DNA of 55,652 nucleotides from Macrostomum lignano (Eukaryota): NCBI GenBank assembly GCA_002269645.1, contig NIVC01004201.1, positions 1 to 55,652 of the forward strand, read 5' to 3'. Shown piece by piece: positions 35,171 to 46,158 of this stretch (position 1 is its first letter; each line of letters starts with the position of its first letter). The notes under the pieces were generated by a model. It saw only the letters and a program-made list of their open reading frames with translations, ran no database searches and was not told where the DNA came from. The position numbers and the translations under genes were made by a program.

Positions 35171-38100
35171 TCAAGCCTGAATTCCCTTGAGGAACTCAGC
35201 CTCCATCAGCTCGGCTGCCGACTGCCTCTGGCTTCGATCTTTGGCAGTGCAACGACTGTAGAAATCCTTCAGCTCTAGCGAGGTGCCATCTGGAAGTTCC
35301 GGCGCCCCAGCCCTCTCCAACTGCAGCGCCATCTGAAGGAAGTTCACAGCGGTGGAGTAGGGTCTCGAACCCGATGCCATCTGGTACACTGAGCAGCCGA
35401 ACGCCCAGATGTCCGATTTGCGGCTGTACCGCGGACCAGCCGCTGGGTCATCTGGCGACAGCAGCTCCGGCGCTAGAAAGTTCAGCGTGCCCTTTGGCGA
35501 AGAAGTAGACGCTGTCACGTGACTGACAGCTTGTTCAAGTTTGATTGACAGGCCGAAATCGATTAATTTTATGCGCTTGTCAGCTAAGCACACAATCATA
35601 TTGCTGCAGTTGATGTCTCTGTGTATCACCGGCGGCTCCCGGCCGTGCATGTAGCTCAGGGCGCTGCAGATCTGCCGGGGTGGGTGCGCCAGAGTCATTG
35701 AAGGTCATTCTAACTGCTTCTTTTAATTCGTTCATGATGACGGATACTGATGCCATTCATTGATCAGATCGTGGTGCCACTTATTGAACAGATCCTGTCG
35801 CTATTCATTGATCAGATCCTGGTGACATTCATTGATCAGATCCTGGTGACATTCATTGATCAGATCCTGGTGACATTCATTGATCAGATCCTGGTGCCAT
35901 TCATTGATCAGCTCGTGGTGCCATTCATTGATCAGATCCTGGTGACATTCATTGATCAGATCCTGGTGCCATTCATTGATCAGATCCTGGTGCCATTCAT
36001 TGATCAGATCCTGGTGCCATTCATTGATCAGATCCTGGTGCCATTCATTGATCAGATCGTGGTGCCATTCATTGATCAGATCCTGGTGCCATTCATTGAT
36101 CAGATCCTGGTGACATTCATTGATCAGATCCTGGTGCCATTCATTGATCAGATCCTGGTGCCATTCATTGATCAGATCGTGGTGCCATTCATTGATCAGA
36201 TCCTGGTGACATTCATTGATCAGATCCTGGTGACATTCATTGATCAGATCCTGGTGCCATTCATTGATCAGATCCTGGTGCCATTCATTGATCAGATCGT
36301 GGTGCCATTCATTGATCAGATCCTGGTGACATTCATTGATCAGATCCTGGTGCCATTCATTGATCAGATCCTGGTGACATTCATTGATCAGATCCTGGTG
36401 CCATTCATTGATCAGATCGTGGTGCCATTCATTGATCAGATCCTGGTGCCATTCATTGATCAGATCGTGGTGCCATTCATTGAACAGATCCTGGTGCCAT
36501 TCATTGATCAGATCCTGGTGACATTCATTGATCAGATCCTGGTGCCATTCATTGATCAGATCGTGGTGCCATTCATTGAACAGATCCTGGTGCCATTCAT
36601 TGATCAGATCCTGGCGGCACTTCTTAATCATATTTTGGCACCCCTTGTTCTCATTCCCAGAATCTTACCTGTGCGGTGAACTTCTTAATAACAGCTTCAT
36701 CAAGAGGCTTGCTGTCGATAAAAGTCTCCAAGCTGCAACCGTCCAGCAGCTCCATGAACAGGACAATCTTGGCGGACTCAAGCTGGCAATGTGAAAGAAT
36801 CTCACGATATTCGGATGGTCCAGCAGACAGAGGTTTCTCTCGCTCTCCACTACCCTTTCGACCTCTTTGGCTTTGAGATCGTCCTGCATCTGCTGATGCT
36901 GCAGCTGCACTGGCAGCTGGATGGTTTTGGCAGCGCAGCGGAACCGGATATCGGTGAGAACTTCGTGCACCTCGCCGAATCCTCTGCGGCCTAGCAGACG
37001 TTTGTTGTCCCAGGTGTGGCGGAATGGCCGGCTGCAAAATGAAACTTATCTTCTTTCAGGAGCTTATTTTTGGAAAACTTGAGAAACTAATGTTTCTGGA
37101 AAAATTTTCTGCTCTTACGAATCAAGTTTGACGCCGTCAAAGTAGTTCCTGCCTTCGTACCTGCGGTTGATGGGCAATAGGAAAGTCCTTTAGTTCCCGC
37201 ATACTTCAGGTAATGTCTTATAATTTAGGTCCCACAGCCTTCAGCTCCTGAGGTCCCACACCCTTCAGCTCCTGAGTTCCCACACTCTTCAGCTCCTGAG
37301 CCCCCACATCCTTCAGGTCCTGAGGTCCCACACCCTTCAGCTCCTCAAGTCCCACATCCTTCAGGTCCTCAGGTCCCACACCCTTCAGCTCCTGAGATCC
37401 CACACCCTTCAGCTCCTGAGTTCCCACACTCTTCAGCTCCTGAGCCCCACATCCTTCAGCTCCTGAGATCCCACACCCTTCAGCTCCTGAGTTCCCACAC
37501 TCTTCAGCTCCTGAGCCCCACATCCTTCAGGTCCTGAGGTCCCACACCCTTCAGCTCCTCAAGTCCCACATCCTTCAGGTCCTGAGGTCCCACACCCTTC
37601 AGCTCCTGAGATCACACACCCTTCAGGTCCTCAGGTCCCACACCCTTCAGCTCCTGAGTTCCCACACTCTTCAGCTCCTGAGCCCCACATCCTTCAGGTC
37701 CTGAGGTCCCACACCCTTCAGCTCCTCAAGTCCCACATCCTTCAGGTCCTCAGGTCCCACACCCTTCAGCTCCTGAGTTCCCACACTCTTCAGCTCCTGA
37801 GCCCCCACATCCTTCAGGTCCTGAGGTCCCGCACCCTTCAGCTCCTGAGATCCCACACCCTTCAGCTCCTGAGTTCCCACACACATCCTTCAGGTCCTGA
37901 GGTCCCACACTCTTCAGCTCCTGAGCCCCCACATCCTTTAGCTCCTGAAATCCCACCACTCACTCCAGCAGCAGCTCGGCCAGGTCGCTGCTCCTGTGCT
38001 CCCTGGCCAAGTCCAGCGCTGTTCGCCCCTTCCAGTCTTTGAGGCTCCAATCGGCGCCAGCCGCTAGCAGAGCGGCGCCAACAGCCGCGCCGGCCGATCA

Positions 38101-39830
38101 ACAGCCGCCAGCATCAGCGCAGTGCTCGAGTTGAGATTCGGAGCATTCACCGGAGCGCCAGCCTCCACCAGAGATGAAGCTGCCACGAAATTGCCTCCGC
38201 TAGCAGCCAAATGCAGGCAGTTGCCCGAGAACATGTTGCTGGCACAGGTGGGGTCGCCCAGCTGCACCAGGTGGTCCCACAGGTCCACGCTGTCTAGATC
38301 CGGGTTCCCTGCCGCCCACATCAGCACCGTCCGGCCCTCGGCGTCCGGCAAGTCGCAGCTGTCTGCCGACGCCAAATTTTTAAGGCCAGTTGAATCGCCC
38401 TTCTTGGCGAGTGAAATCAGCTGATCGCGGATGGCCGCATCCTGGATTGACGACGGATTGTATAGCGAAATATTTCACTAAATGGCGCTTGAAACACAGG
38501 TAATGAATGAGTACAGGTAACTTACAGAATGAGACAAGCCGGAGAGCTCGATTCCCCTTAGTAGGAGCTGCGTCTCCCTGAAACAGAGAGTTGGATTGGC
38601 AGAAATCCGGCTTGTGCTACTTTAAGTAGAAACCTTTTAGTCTTGAGATGGACGGTTATGGTCTGTTGTATAAGGTGGTTGGTTCTGTAGGGTGGTGGGT
38701 GCTCTCGGTGGTGGGTGCTGTGGGCTGGATGGGTTCTGTGGGGTGGTGGGTTGTGTGGGGTGGTGGGTGCTGTGGGGTTCTGCGGGGTGGTGAGTGTTGT
38801 GGAGTGGTGGGTGATGTGGGGTTCTGCGGGGTGGTGGGTGTTGTGGAGTGGTGGGTGCTGTGGGGTTCTGTGGGGTGGTGGGTTCTGTGAGGTGTTGGGT
38901 TCTGCGGGGTGGTGGGCGCTGTGGGTGGTGGGTTTTGTGGGGTGGTGGGTGCTGTGGGGTTCTGTGGGGTGGTGGTTCTGTGGGGTGGTGGGTGCTGTGG
39001 GTGGTTGGTTCTGCGGGGTGGTGGGCGCTGTGGGTGGTGGGTTTTGTGGGGTGGTGGGTGCTGTGGGGTTCTGTGGGGTGGTGGTTCTGCGGGGTGGTGG
39101 GCACTGTGGGTGGTGGGTTTTGTGGGGTGGTGGGTGCTGTGGGTGGTGGGTTCTGCGGGGTGGTGGGTTCTGTGGGGTGGTGGGTGCTGTGGGTGGTGGG
39201 TGCTGTGGGGTGGGTGGGTGCTGTGAGGTGAATCGACCAGCTCTTTCACACCAGCAGCAAATTCCGCAGCCTCTGCCTTACCGCTGGATATCTTTAGCCA
39301 GTTCTGGGTGACCGCAGCGAGCCGCCACACCCATGGCAGTGCGGTCGTCAAGATCCGTCAGCTTCAGCAGCCGCTTTCGAGTCTTGTCGGCCTGCCTCTC
39401 GCAGTCGCCGCAGTGCCTGGTCTCACGCAGCAGGTGCAGAAGGTGCTTGGCGCACCTGCGGCTGCCAGACCGCGCCGCCTCAGTCAGCGGGGCGGCGCCT
39501 TGCTTGTTCTGCAGCCACTTGGCGTCGAACCGGAGTAGAGCCAGCACTCGCAGGTGGTCCCGCCTGGCCGCCAGGTGCGCCGCCATGTTGCCAGCCTCGT
39601 CCTTCGCTGTCGGGTCCGCGCCCAGGTGTAGCAAGTACTCGATGCACTTTGCTGCCTCCGGTGTTGAGCCGGAGGAGTCGGCCGCCCACATGAGGACGGT
39701 GCGGCCGGTCTGGTCGGTGGCCGCCGCCAGCTGAGGAGTCAGGCGCTGACGGAGCTCGCTGAAGTCGCCTTTGACAATCAGCTGGGCGATCGACTGAAAT
39801 GCGGTGGTTGATTTTGCATCAGATGTTGCC
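35171..39830 (-). CDS. Multi-exon ankyrin-repeat + Ser/Thr protein kinase (MAP3K-like kinase domain)
   Basis: Exons approx. 39830-39282, 38450-37964, 37163-37122, 37036-36669 and 35671-35171, with phase-compatible GT-AG sites where checked. ANK motifs GRTVLMWAA, GNxxxHLAA, GRTALDLA. Kinase motifs GRRGFGEV, AAK, HPNIV, HRDINCSN, DFG, GTLNFLAPE, SDIWAFG. Two 1-bp frameshifts (~38090, ~36785). 5' exon near 40700 uncertain. Confidence 0.8.
35750..36615. repeat. 24-bp intronic minisatellite (CCATTCATTGATCAGATCCTGGTG)n
   Basis: About 35 copies inside a kinase intron. Confidence 0.95.
37225..37950. repeat. ~22-24-bp intronic minisatellite (CCACACCCTTCAGCTCCTGAG-like)
   Basis: Tandem variants inside an ANK-kinase intron. 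Confidence 0.92.
38690..39230. repeat. G/T-rich intronic repeat (GGGTGGTGGGTTCTGTG-like)
   Basis: Degenerate tandem units between ankyrin exons. Confidence 0.9.
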
Positions 39831-39864
39831 AAGTCTCTAATTCGGAGTTGAGAGGTTATAAAAC

Positions 39865-40660
39865 CCCAGAAACCCACACCCAGAACCCCACACCCAGAAT
39901 CCCACACCCCAGAATCCCACACCCAGAATCCCACACCCCAGAATCCCACACCCCAGAATTCCACACCCCAGAATCCCACACCCCAGAATCCCACAGCCCA
40001 GAATCCCACACCCAGAATCCCACACCCAGAATCCCACACCCAGAATCCCACACCCAGAATCCCACACCCCAGAATCCCACCCCAGAATCCCACACCCCAG
40101 AATCCCACACCCCAGAATCCCACATACAATAATTCCACACCCCAGAATCCCACCCCAGAATCCCACACCCCAGAATCCCACACCCCAGAATCCCACACCC
40201 CAGAATCCCACACCCCAGAATCCCACACCCCAGAATCCCACATACAATAATTCCACACCCCAGAATCCCACCCCAGAATCCCACATACAATAATTCCACA
40301 CCCCAGAATCCCACCCCAGAATCCCACACCCCAGAATCCCACACCCCAGAATCCCACACCCCAGAATCCCACATACAATAATTCCACACCCCAGAATCCC
40401 ACCCCAGAATCCCACACCCCAGAATCCCACATACAATAATTCCACACCCCAGAATCCCACCCCAGAATCCCACATACAATAATTCCACACCCCAGAATCC
40501 CACCCCAGAATCCCACACCCCAGAATCCCACACCCCAGAATCCCACACCCCAGAATCCCACACCCCAGAATCCCACATACAATAATTCCACACCCCAGAA
40601 TCCCACATTCTGGAGAATTCCCCAGAATCCCACACCCAGAATCCAACACCCCAGAATCCC
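39865..40660. repeat. 15-bp minisatellite (CCACACCCCAGAATC)n with longer variants
   Basis: Tandem units 5' of the first clear ankyrin exon. Confidence 0.92.
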
Positions 40661-40989
40661 ACAAATTATTACCTTTAAATCGTTACCAATCGTTGCCATT
40701 GCTGCAGGTAATCGTTTGCTGTAAAAGCAAGAAGCAAAACCGTAGTTTCTATTATAAAATTTCACAGGCCAAGAAAGCGTGCAGCAGGCAGTTTAAAACC
40801 TCAAGCTTGCACAAGAATTTATAGCCATTGTAATGATCTTAAATATATTTTGTTTCCACTCTTACTACTAGATAAGTAGAAAGGAAATATTGCTTCAATC
40901 AAATAAGAAAAAACAAAAAACTGTTTTAACTTTGTTGTACTAGCGAACTAGCTCGTGTTCATGAATATTAATAGTAATATTAATATTAT

Positions 40990-41280
40990 TTGATTTCACT
41001 TATTCTAATGAGCAAATTTGCAACCGACAGCTCAGCTGCAGCTATTGCGCGGCGCATCTGAAGGCTGCGTACGGCTGTTCAGTCCAAGGACTGGGTGGTT
41101 GCCACACACACCCTCAATGATCTCAGCTAATGCTGGCACCCATTTTACATCTGGGTAAACTGAAGCAATGCAGAGTTAAGTGCCTTGCTCAAGGACACAA
41201 ATTGTTCCAGTGGAATCGGGAATCGAACCCCCGACCTTCAAGTCGTGAGTCCGACGCTCTAACCACTAGACTACAACCCC
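40990..41280 (-). mobile_element. tRNA-derived CORE-type SINE
   Basis: Minus strand shows a tRNA-like head with A box (TAGTGGTTAG) and B box (GGTTCGATTCC), followed by TGTGTCCTTGAGCAAGGCACTTAAC...CTTCAGTTTACCCAGATGTAAAATGGG, which resembles the MIR/CORE domain. Confidence 0.72.
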
Positions 41281-41334
41281 TCACAAACAAGAGGTTGTAG
41301 TTGTGAATATAGTATAACAGGCATTTTTATAGTG

Positions 41335-41675
41335 TGAGGTGTGGGCGTGCGGAGTGAGGTGGGTATGTGGAGTGAGGTTGGTGTGTGTAGTGAGGTGGGT
41401 GTGCGGATTGAGGTTGGTGTGTGTAGTGAGGTGGGTGTGCGGATTGAGGTTGGTGTGTGTAGTGAGGTGGGTGTGCGGATTGAGGTTGGTGTGTGTAGTG
41501 AGGTGGGTGTGCGGATTGAGGTTGGTGTGTGTAGTGAGGTGGGTGTGCGGATTGAGATAGGTGTGTGAAGTGAGGTGGGTGTGTGGATGGAGGTGGGTGT
41601 GCGGATTGAGATGGGTGTGCGGAGTGTGCGGATTTAGGTGGTGTGTGGAGTGAGGTGGGTGTGAGAAGTGAGGTG
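41335..41675. repeat. 36-bp minisatellite (GTGAGGTGGGTGTGCGGATTGAGGTTGGTGTGTGTA)n
   Basis: Tandem copies. Confidence 0.9.
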
Positions 41676-41888
41676 GAATCATTAATTGAAAATTGAATTT
41701 CAATAAAAAACTCGTTAACTGAAGAATGCAGAGTGTGCACTTTAGTCCATGGCAGAGACAGCAGTGATTAAGTTCATCTAGATTCTAGGTCGCATAGCAT
41801 TTTTTAATCTGCTTTCGTGGTGAATTACACTCAGTGGCTTTTAAGTCCCGAAATCGAACTTGCAATTGAATCAAACAACAAGAAGGAA

Positions 41889-43795
41889 ATGCGCGCCATC
41901 ACTCAGTTGCTTCTGGTCAGCTGTCTGGTGCTGATCGCAGCAGCTGGTCTGAGCGAGGCCTGCCTAGCCCGTAAGTGGAGCCGCTTCGATTGACCTGTTT
42001 CGAGTTTAGGTATATATACGAGCTATATATATATATATATATCCGATTTTCCTGATTTTTTTTTTGAAAAAAGAGACTGATTGGGTGGGTGTCCAATGTA
42101 TGAAAAGTTGAAGGAAATCAAAGGTCAGAAGGTCAACTCCGCCCTCTCTATCCACACTACGAATAATCAACTCCGCCCCCTCTATCCACACTGCGAACAA
42201 TCCAATCCGCCCCTCTATCCACACTGCGAACAATCAAATCCGCCCCCTCTATCCACACTGCGAACAATCCAATCCGCCCCCTCTATTTACACTGCGAACA
42301 ATCAAATCCGCCCCCTCTATCCACACTGCGAAAAATCAAATCCGCCCCCTCTATCCACACTGGGAACAATCCAATCCGCCCCCTCTATCCACACTGCGAA
42401 CAATCCAATCCGCCCCCTCTATCCACACTGCGAACAATCCAATCCGCCCCCTCTATCCACACTGCGAACAATCCAATCCGCCCCCTCTATCCACACTGCG
42501 AACAATCCAATCCGCCCCCTCTATCCACACTGCGAACAATCCAATCCGCCCCCTCTATCCACACTGCGAACAATCAAATCCGCCCCCTCTATCCACACTG
42601 CGAACAATCCAATCCGCCCCCTCTATCCACACTGCGAACAATCCAATCCGCCCCCCTCTATCCACACTGGGAACAATCCAATCCGCCCCCTCTATCCACA
42701 CTGCGAACAATCCAATCCGCCCCCTCTATCCACACTGCGAACAATCCAATCCGCCCCCTCTATCCACACTGCGAACAATCCAATCCGCCCCCTCTATCCA
42801 CACTGCGAACAATCCAATCCGCCCCCTCTATCCACACTGCGAACAATCCAATCCGCCCCCTCTATCCACACTGCGAACAATCCAATCCGCCCCCTCTATC
42901 CACACTGCGAACAATCAAATCCGCCCCCTCTATCCACACTGCGAACAATCCAATCCGCCCCCTCTATCCACACTGCGAACAATCCAATCCGCCCCCTCTA
43001 TCCACACTGCGAACAATCCAATCCGCCCCCTCTATCCACACTGCGAACAATCAAATCCGCCCCCTCTATCCACACTGCGAACAATCCAATCCGCCCCCTC
43101 TATCCACACTGCGAACAATCAAATCCGCCCCCTCTATCCACACTGCGAACAATCCAATCCGCCCCCTCTATCCACACTGCGAACAATCCAATCCGCCCCC
43201 TCTATCCACACTGCGAACAATCCAATCCGCCCCCTCTATCCACACTGCGAACAATCCAATCCGCCCCCTCTATCCACACTGCGAACAATCCAATCCGCCC
43301 CCTCTATCCACACTGCGAACAATCCAATCCGCCCCCTCTATCCACACTGCGAACAATCCAATCCGCCCCCTCTATCCACACTGCGAACAATCCAATCCGC
43401 CCCCTCTATCCACACTGCGAACAATCCAATCCGCCCCCTCTATCCACACTGCGAACAATCCCATCCGCCCCCTCTATCCACACTGCGAACAATCAAATCC
43501 GCCCCCTCTATCCACACTGCGAACAATCAAATCCGCCCCCTCTATCCACACTGCGAACAATCCAATCCGCCCCCTCTATCCACACTGCGAACAATCCAAT
43601 CCGCCCCCCTCTATCCACACTGCGAACAATCCAATCCGCCCCCTCTATCCACACTGCGAGTCATGAAATGTCTCATCATGCTCAAAGTCAACTCCCGCTA
43701 CCCCCCCCCCTCTGTCTGCAGCCATACTCGGTGCGGTAGGCGGCAAGCTGCATAAAATTATAGCAAAGAAGATCAAGTACGTCATCAAAGGCTGA
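41889..43795 (+). CDS. Two-exon secreted cationic peptide precursor (41889-41970 + 43722-43795, 51 aa); antimicrobial-peptide-like
   Basis: Signal MRAITQLLLVSCLVLIAAAGLSEA; GTAAGT donor and polypyrimidine-TGCAG acceptor, both phase 1; mature CLAPILGAVGGKLHKIIAKKIKYVIKG*. Confidence 0.75.
42135..43660. repeat. 34-bp intronic minisatellite (CCGCCCCCTCTATCCACACTGCGAACAATCCAAT)n, ~45 copies
   Basis: Fills most of the peptide gene intron. Confidence 0.96.
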
Positions 43796-44131
43796 GTTCA
43801 GAGACTGACCAGCTGCACAAGATTCTGCTGTTCCAAAATTTACGGCATGTTTTCAACTTTTTTGTCACGAGGAAAATCACTTTGCTTGTGTATTTCTGTT
43901 TAAGAAGCAAACAAAGAGCTTATTAGCCGATTTTGTTTCAGTTTTGTTTTGATACGCAACACGGACTGTAGTGTAGGGGCGTGTGTAAGTGCATAGCATG
44001 TTTATTTTAGCATGGCTTCAGCTGTCCACACTGTACCAGCCTGTTTACTGCAGGCATAAATACATTGCTATTAGATGTACAATTGTTTTGCTTTATCTTT
44101 TGCTGCTGTGTGGAGATCGGTGTAAACTGTG

Positions 44132-44922
44132 ACTACGTAATGCGCAGATAGAGCCGGGTTTTGGAGGTGAGGTGGGTGTCAGAGCCAATGCAAATTCAAC
44201 GCCTATCTAAATACATTAGACCGATTCTAATTGGTCCAGAGTCATTATGTGAGACATTTATACTCTCATGTAAAATCTATACATGTAATCAGTGTACACT
44301 GTATCGTACAGCAGCGACGAGTACAATATAGTACGCATAATTAGCGCTTCACCGTTGTTGTACGTAGAAACGCGCGCGCCCCCATCCCCACACAATGCAG
44401 CATTGGTGTACGCAGAATTAACTGTCCATATACCAAAAATTGGCAGAATTAGAGCGCTCACCCACCCCATAACGTCTATATTATTACTTGTCCATATTTA
44501 CTGTCCATCCCAAAATTGGTGTACGCGCAGAATTGTAGCGCTCACCCACCCCATAACGTCTATATTATTACTTGTCCATATTTACTGTCCATCCCAAAAT
44601 TGGTGTACGCGCAGAATTGTAGCGCTCACCCACCCCATAACGTCTATATTATTACTTGTCCATATTTACTGTCCATCCCAAAATTGGTGTACGCGCAGAA
44701 TTGTAGCGCCCGCCCACCCCATAGCTGTTTATATACCAAACTTCGTGTACGCACAGAATTGTAGCGCCCACCCAACCCATAGCTGTTTATATACCAAACT
44801 TCGTGTACGCACAGAGTTGTAGCGCCCACCCATCCAAGAAAATATTCTTTGACCCCCACAATTAATTGGCGGCCCCGCGCGGAGGCATGATGAGTCAGCC
44901 GCTGTAAATCGCCGCTGTCCAC
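44132..44922 (+). repeat. Left TIR (~791 bp) with internal 84-bp x3 and 58-bp x2 tandem units
   Basis: Reverse complement of 53961-54667 apart from one extra 84-bp unit and a few substitutions. Confidence 0.95.
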
Positions 44923-45168
44923 CCCTCTGCCCTGCGCTGGCCGCTATAGCTACCTGCAGCAGTGTTACGCAACAACCCGGTCGAGCCACAATGCTAACTT
45001 TATAGCCAGACACGTCATCAAGGTCTGAAAACACAAACTTCTATGCATGAAATATTCTCGTTTAACAAGATGCCAAACCAACTTTGTTCAGACAGCAAAC
45101 TATAAATAAGAAAATTTGGATTCTCGGCCGTTTATCTAAATTCACCAAGTTCAATTAACAACCCAATC

Positions 45169-45372
45169 ATGTGGAAAACGCAGTGTTTGACAAGCAATTT
45201 TTGGTTGCCAAAGCACAAGAGGATCAGACCGACAAAGCATGAACTGCCAACAACTTTGAGCAAGGATTTCAACACACCTCCAACGCCAGCACCGAAAATA
45301 GGTACAAGTCTCATTTTTTCTGGAATCCTCGATAACGACAACACCGTAAAAAGCTCGTTAACATGTAATTAA
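45169..45372 (+). pseudogene. Internally deleted paralog of the 45527-46063 ORF
   Basis: NFWLPKHKR...FSGILDNDN.VKSSL.CN matches the C-terminus of the 178-aa ORF; downstream non-coding DNA is also duplicated. Confidence 0.7.
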
Positions 45373-45526
45373 AACAAAAACTTATTGAGACTCTCGGGTA
45401 TATAAGCACCAACCCGGGGCACCAAGCACCCGTACCTGCAAATTTTTCTCGGATTCTCGGCAGTTTTTCAAGCTCGAATAACATCCCACCACTAGTGCGA
45501 ACAACGCAGCAAGTGCTTGACAAGAA

Positions 45527-46063
45527 ATGAGCTGGATTTCCAGAGACTACCCCCTATTATCGAACGAGGAAAAAGACGAATATGAGGCCTTGAAAAAATC
45601 TGCTGACTGGTTGTGCATTTGCCACAGCAAACCGATTTCCGAGCGATTAGTCACCTTCAATGCCAAGGTCGAGGAAATTGATCAAGGCCCCTACGACAGC
45701 CAAGACTACGCAGCAGCCAGGATAAATGAGCAACTACGGGACAAAATGAGATTCAAAGCTGATTTAGCACGAATGGAGAGATTACTGGCTCCGATACTAA
45801 GTGAAGAGCATCGCCAAAAAATACGTTTTCGGAACCATCAAGATCTGTATAATCCGTCGTGGGTGGAGCAACAAAAGATTTGGAATTTTTGGCTGCCAAA
45901 GCACAAGAGGAACAGACCGCCAAAGCTTGAACTACCAGCAACTTGGAGCAAGGATTTCAGCACGCCTCCAACGCCAGCACCCGAAAATAGGAACAAAAGG
46001 TTCATTTTTTCCGGAATCCTCGATAACGACAACTCTGTAAAAAGCTCGTTATCGTGTAATTAA
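45527..46063 (+). CDS. Polinton hypothetical protein (178 aa)
   Basis: Open ORF with ATG in the element's co-oriented gene array; TATATAAG at 45399. No family recognised. Confidence 0.65.
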   Translation: MSWISRDYPLLSNEEKDEYEALKKSADWLCICHSKPISERLVTFNAKVEEIDQGPYDSQDYAAARINEQLRDKMRFKADLARMERLLAPILSEEHRQKIRFRNHQDLYNPSWVEQQKIWNFWLPKHKRNRPPKLELPATWSKDFSTPPTPAPENRNKRFIFSGILDNDNSVKSSLSCN

Positions 46064-46158
46064 AACAAAAACTTATTGAGACTCTCGGGTATATAAGCAC
46101 CAGCCCGGAGCATCTGCAAGCGCCCGTACCTGCAAATTTTTCTAAACAGACAAGAGAC

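Noticed and set aside
35750-36679. 309-aa and 276-aa repeat ORFs
   Set aside because: They lie inside a phase-consistent intron of the kinase gene and derive from a 24-bp minisatellite.
41205-41280. Possible tRNA gene on the minus strand
   Set aside because: No complete acceptor stem or Pol III terminator; it continues into a CORE-like body, so it is a SINE head.
42081-43739. 552-aa ORF with CEQSNPPP repeats
   Set aside because: It is the 34-bp intronic minisatellite; the two-exon peptide model explains the flanking splice sites.
44258-44922. ORFs within the TIRs (also 53931-54397)
   Set aside because: They are products of the 84/58-bp tandem units, mirrored in both TIRs, with no protein-like features.
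44729-45130. Possible pPolB remnant beside the left TIR (ORF 44729-45034, LQVAIAAS)
   Set aside because: I translated the frames on both strands and found no PolB motifs (DxxSLYP, KxxxNSxYG, YxDTDS); the resemblance is superficial.
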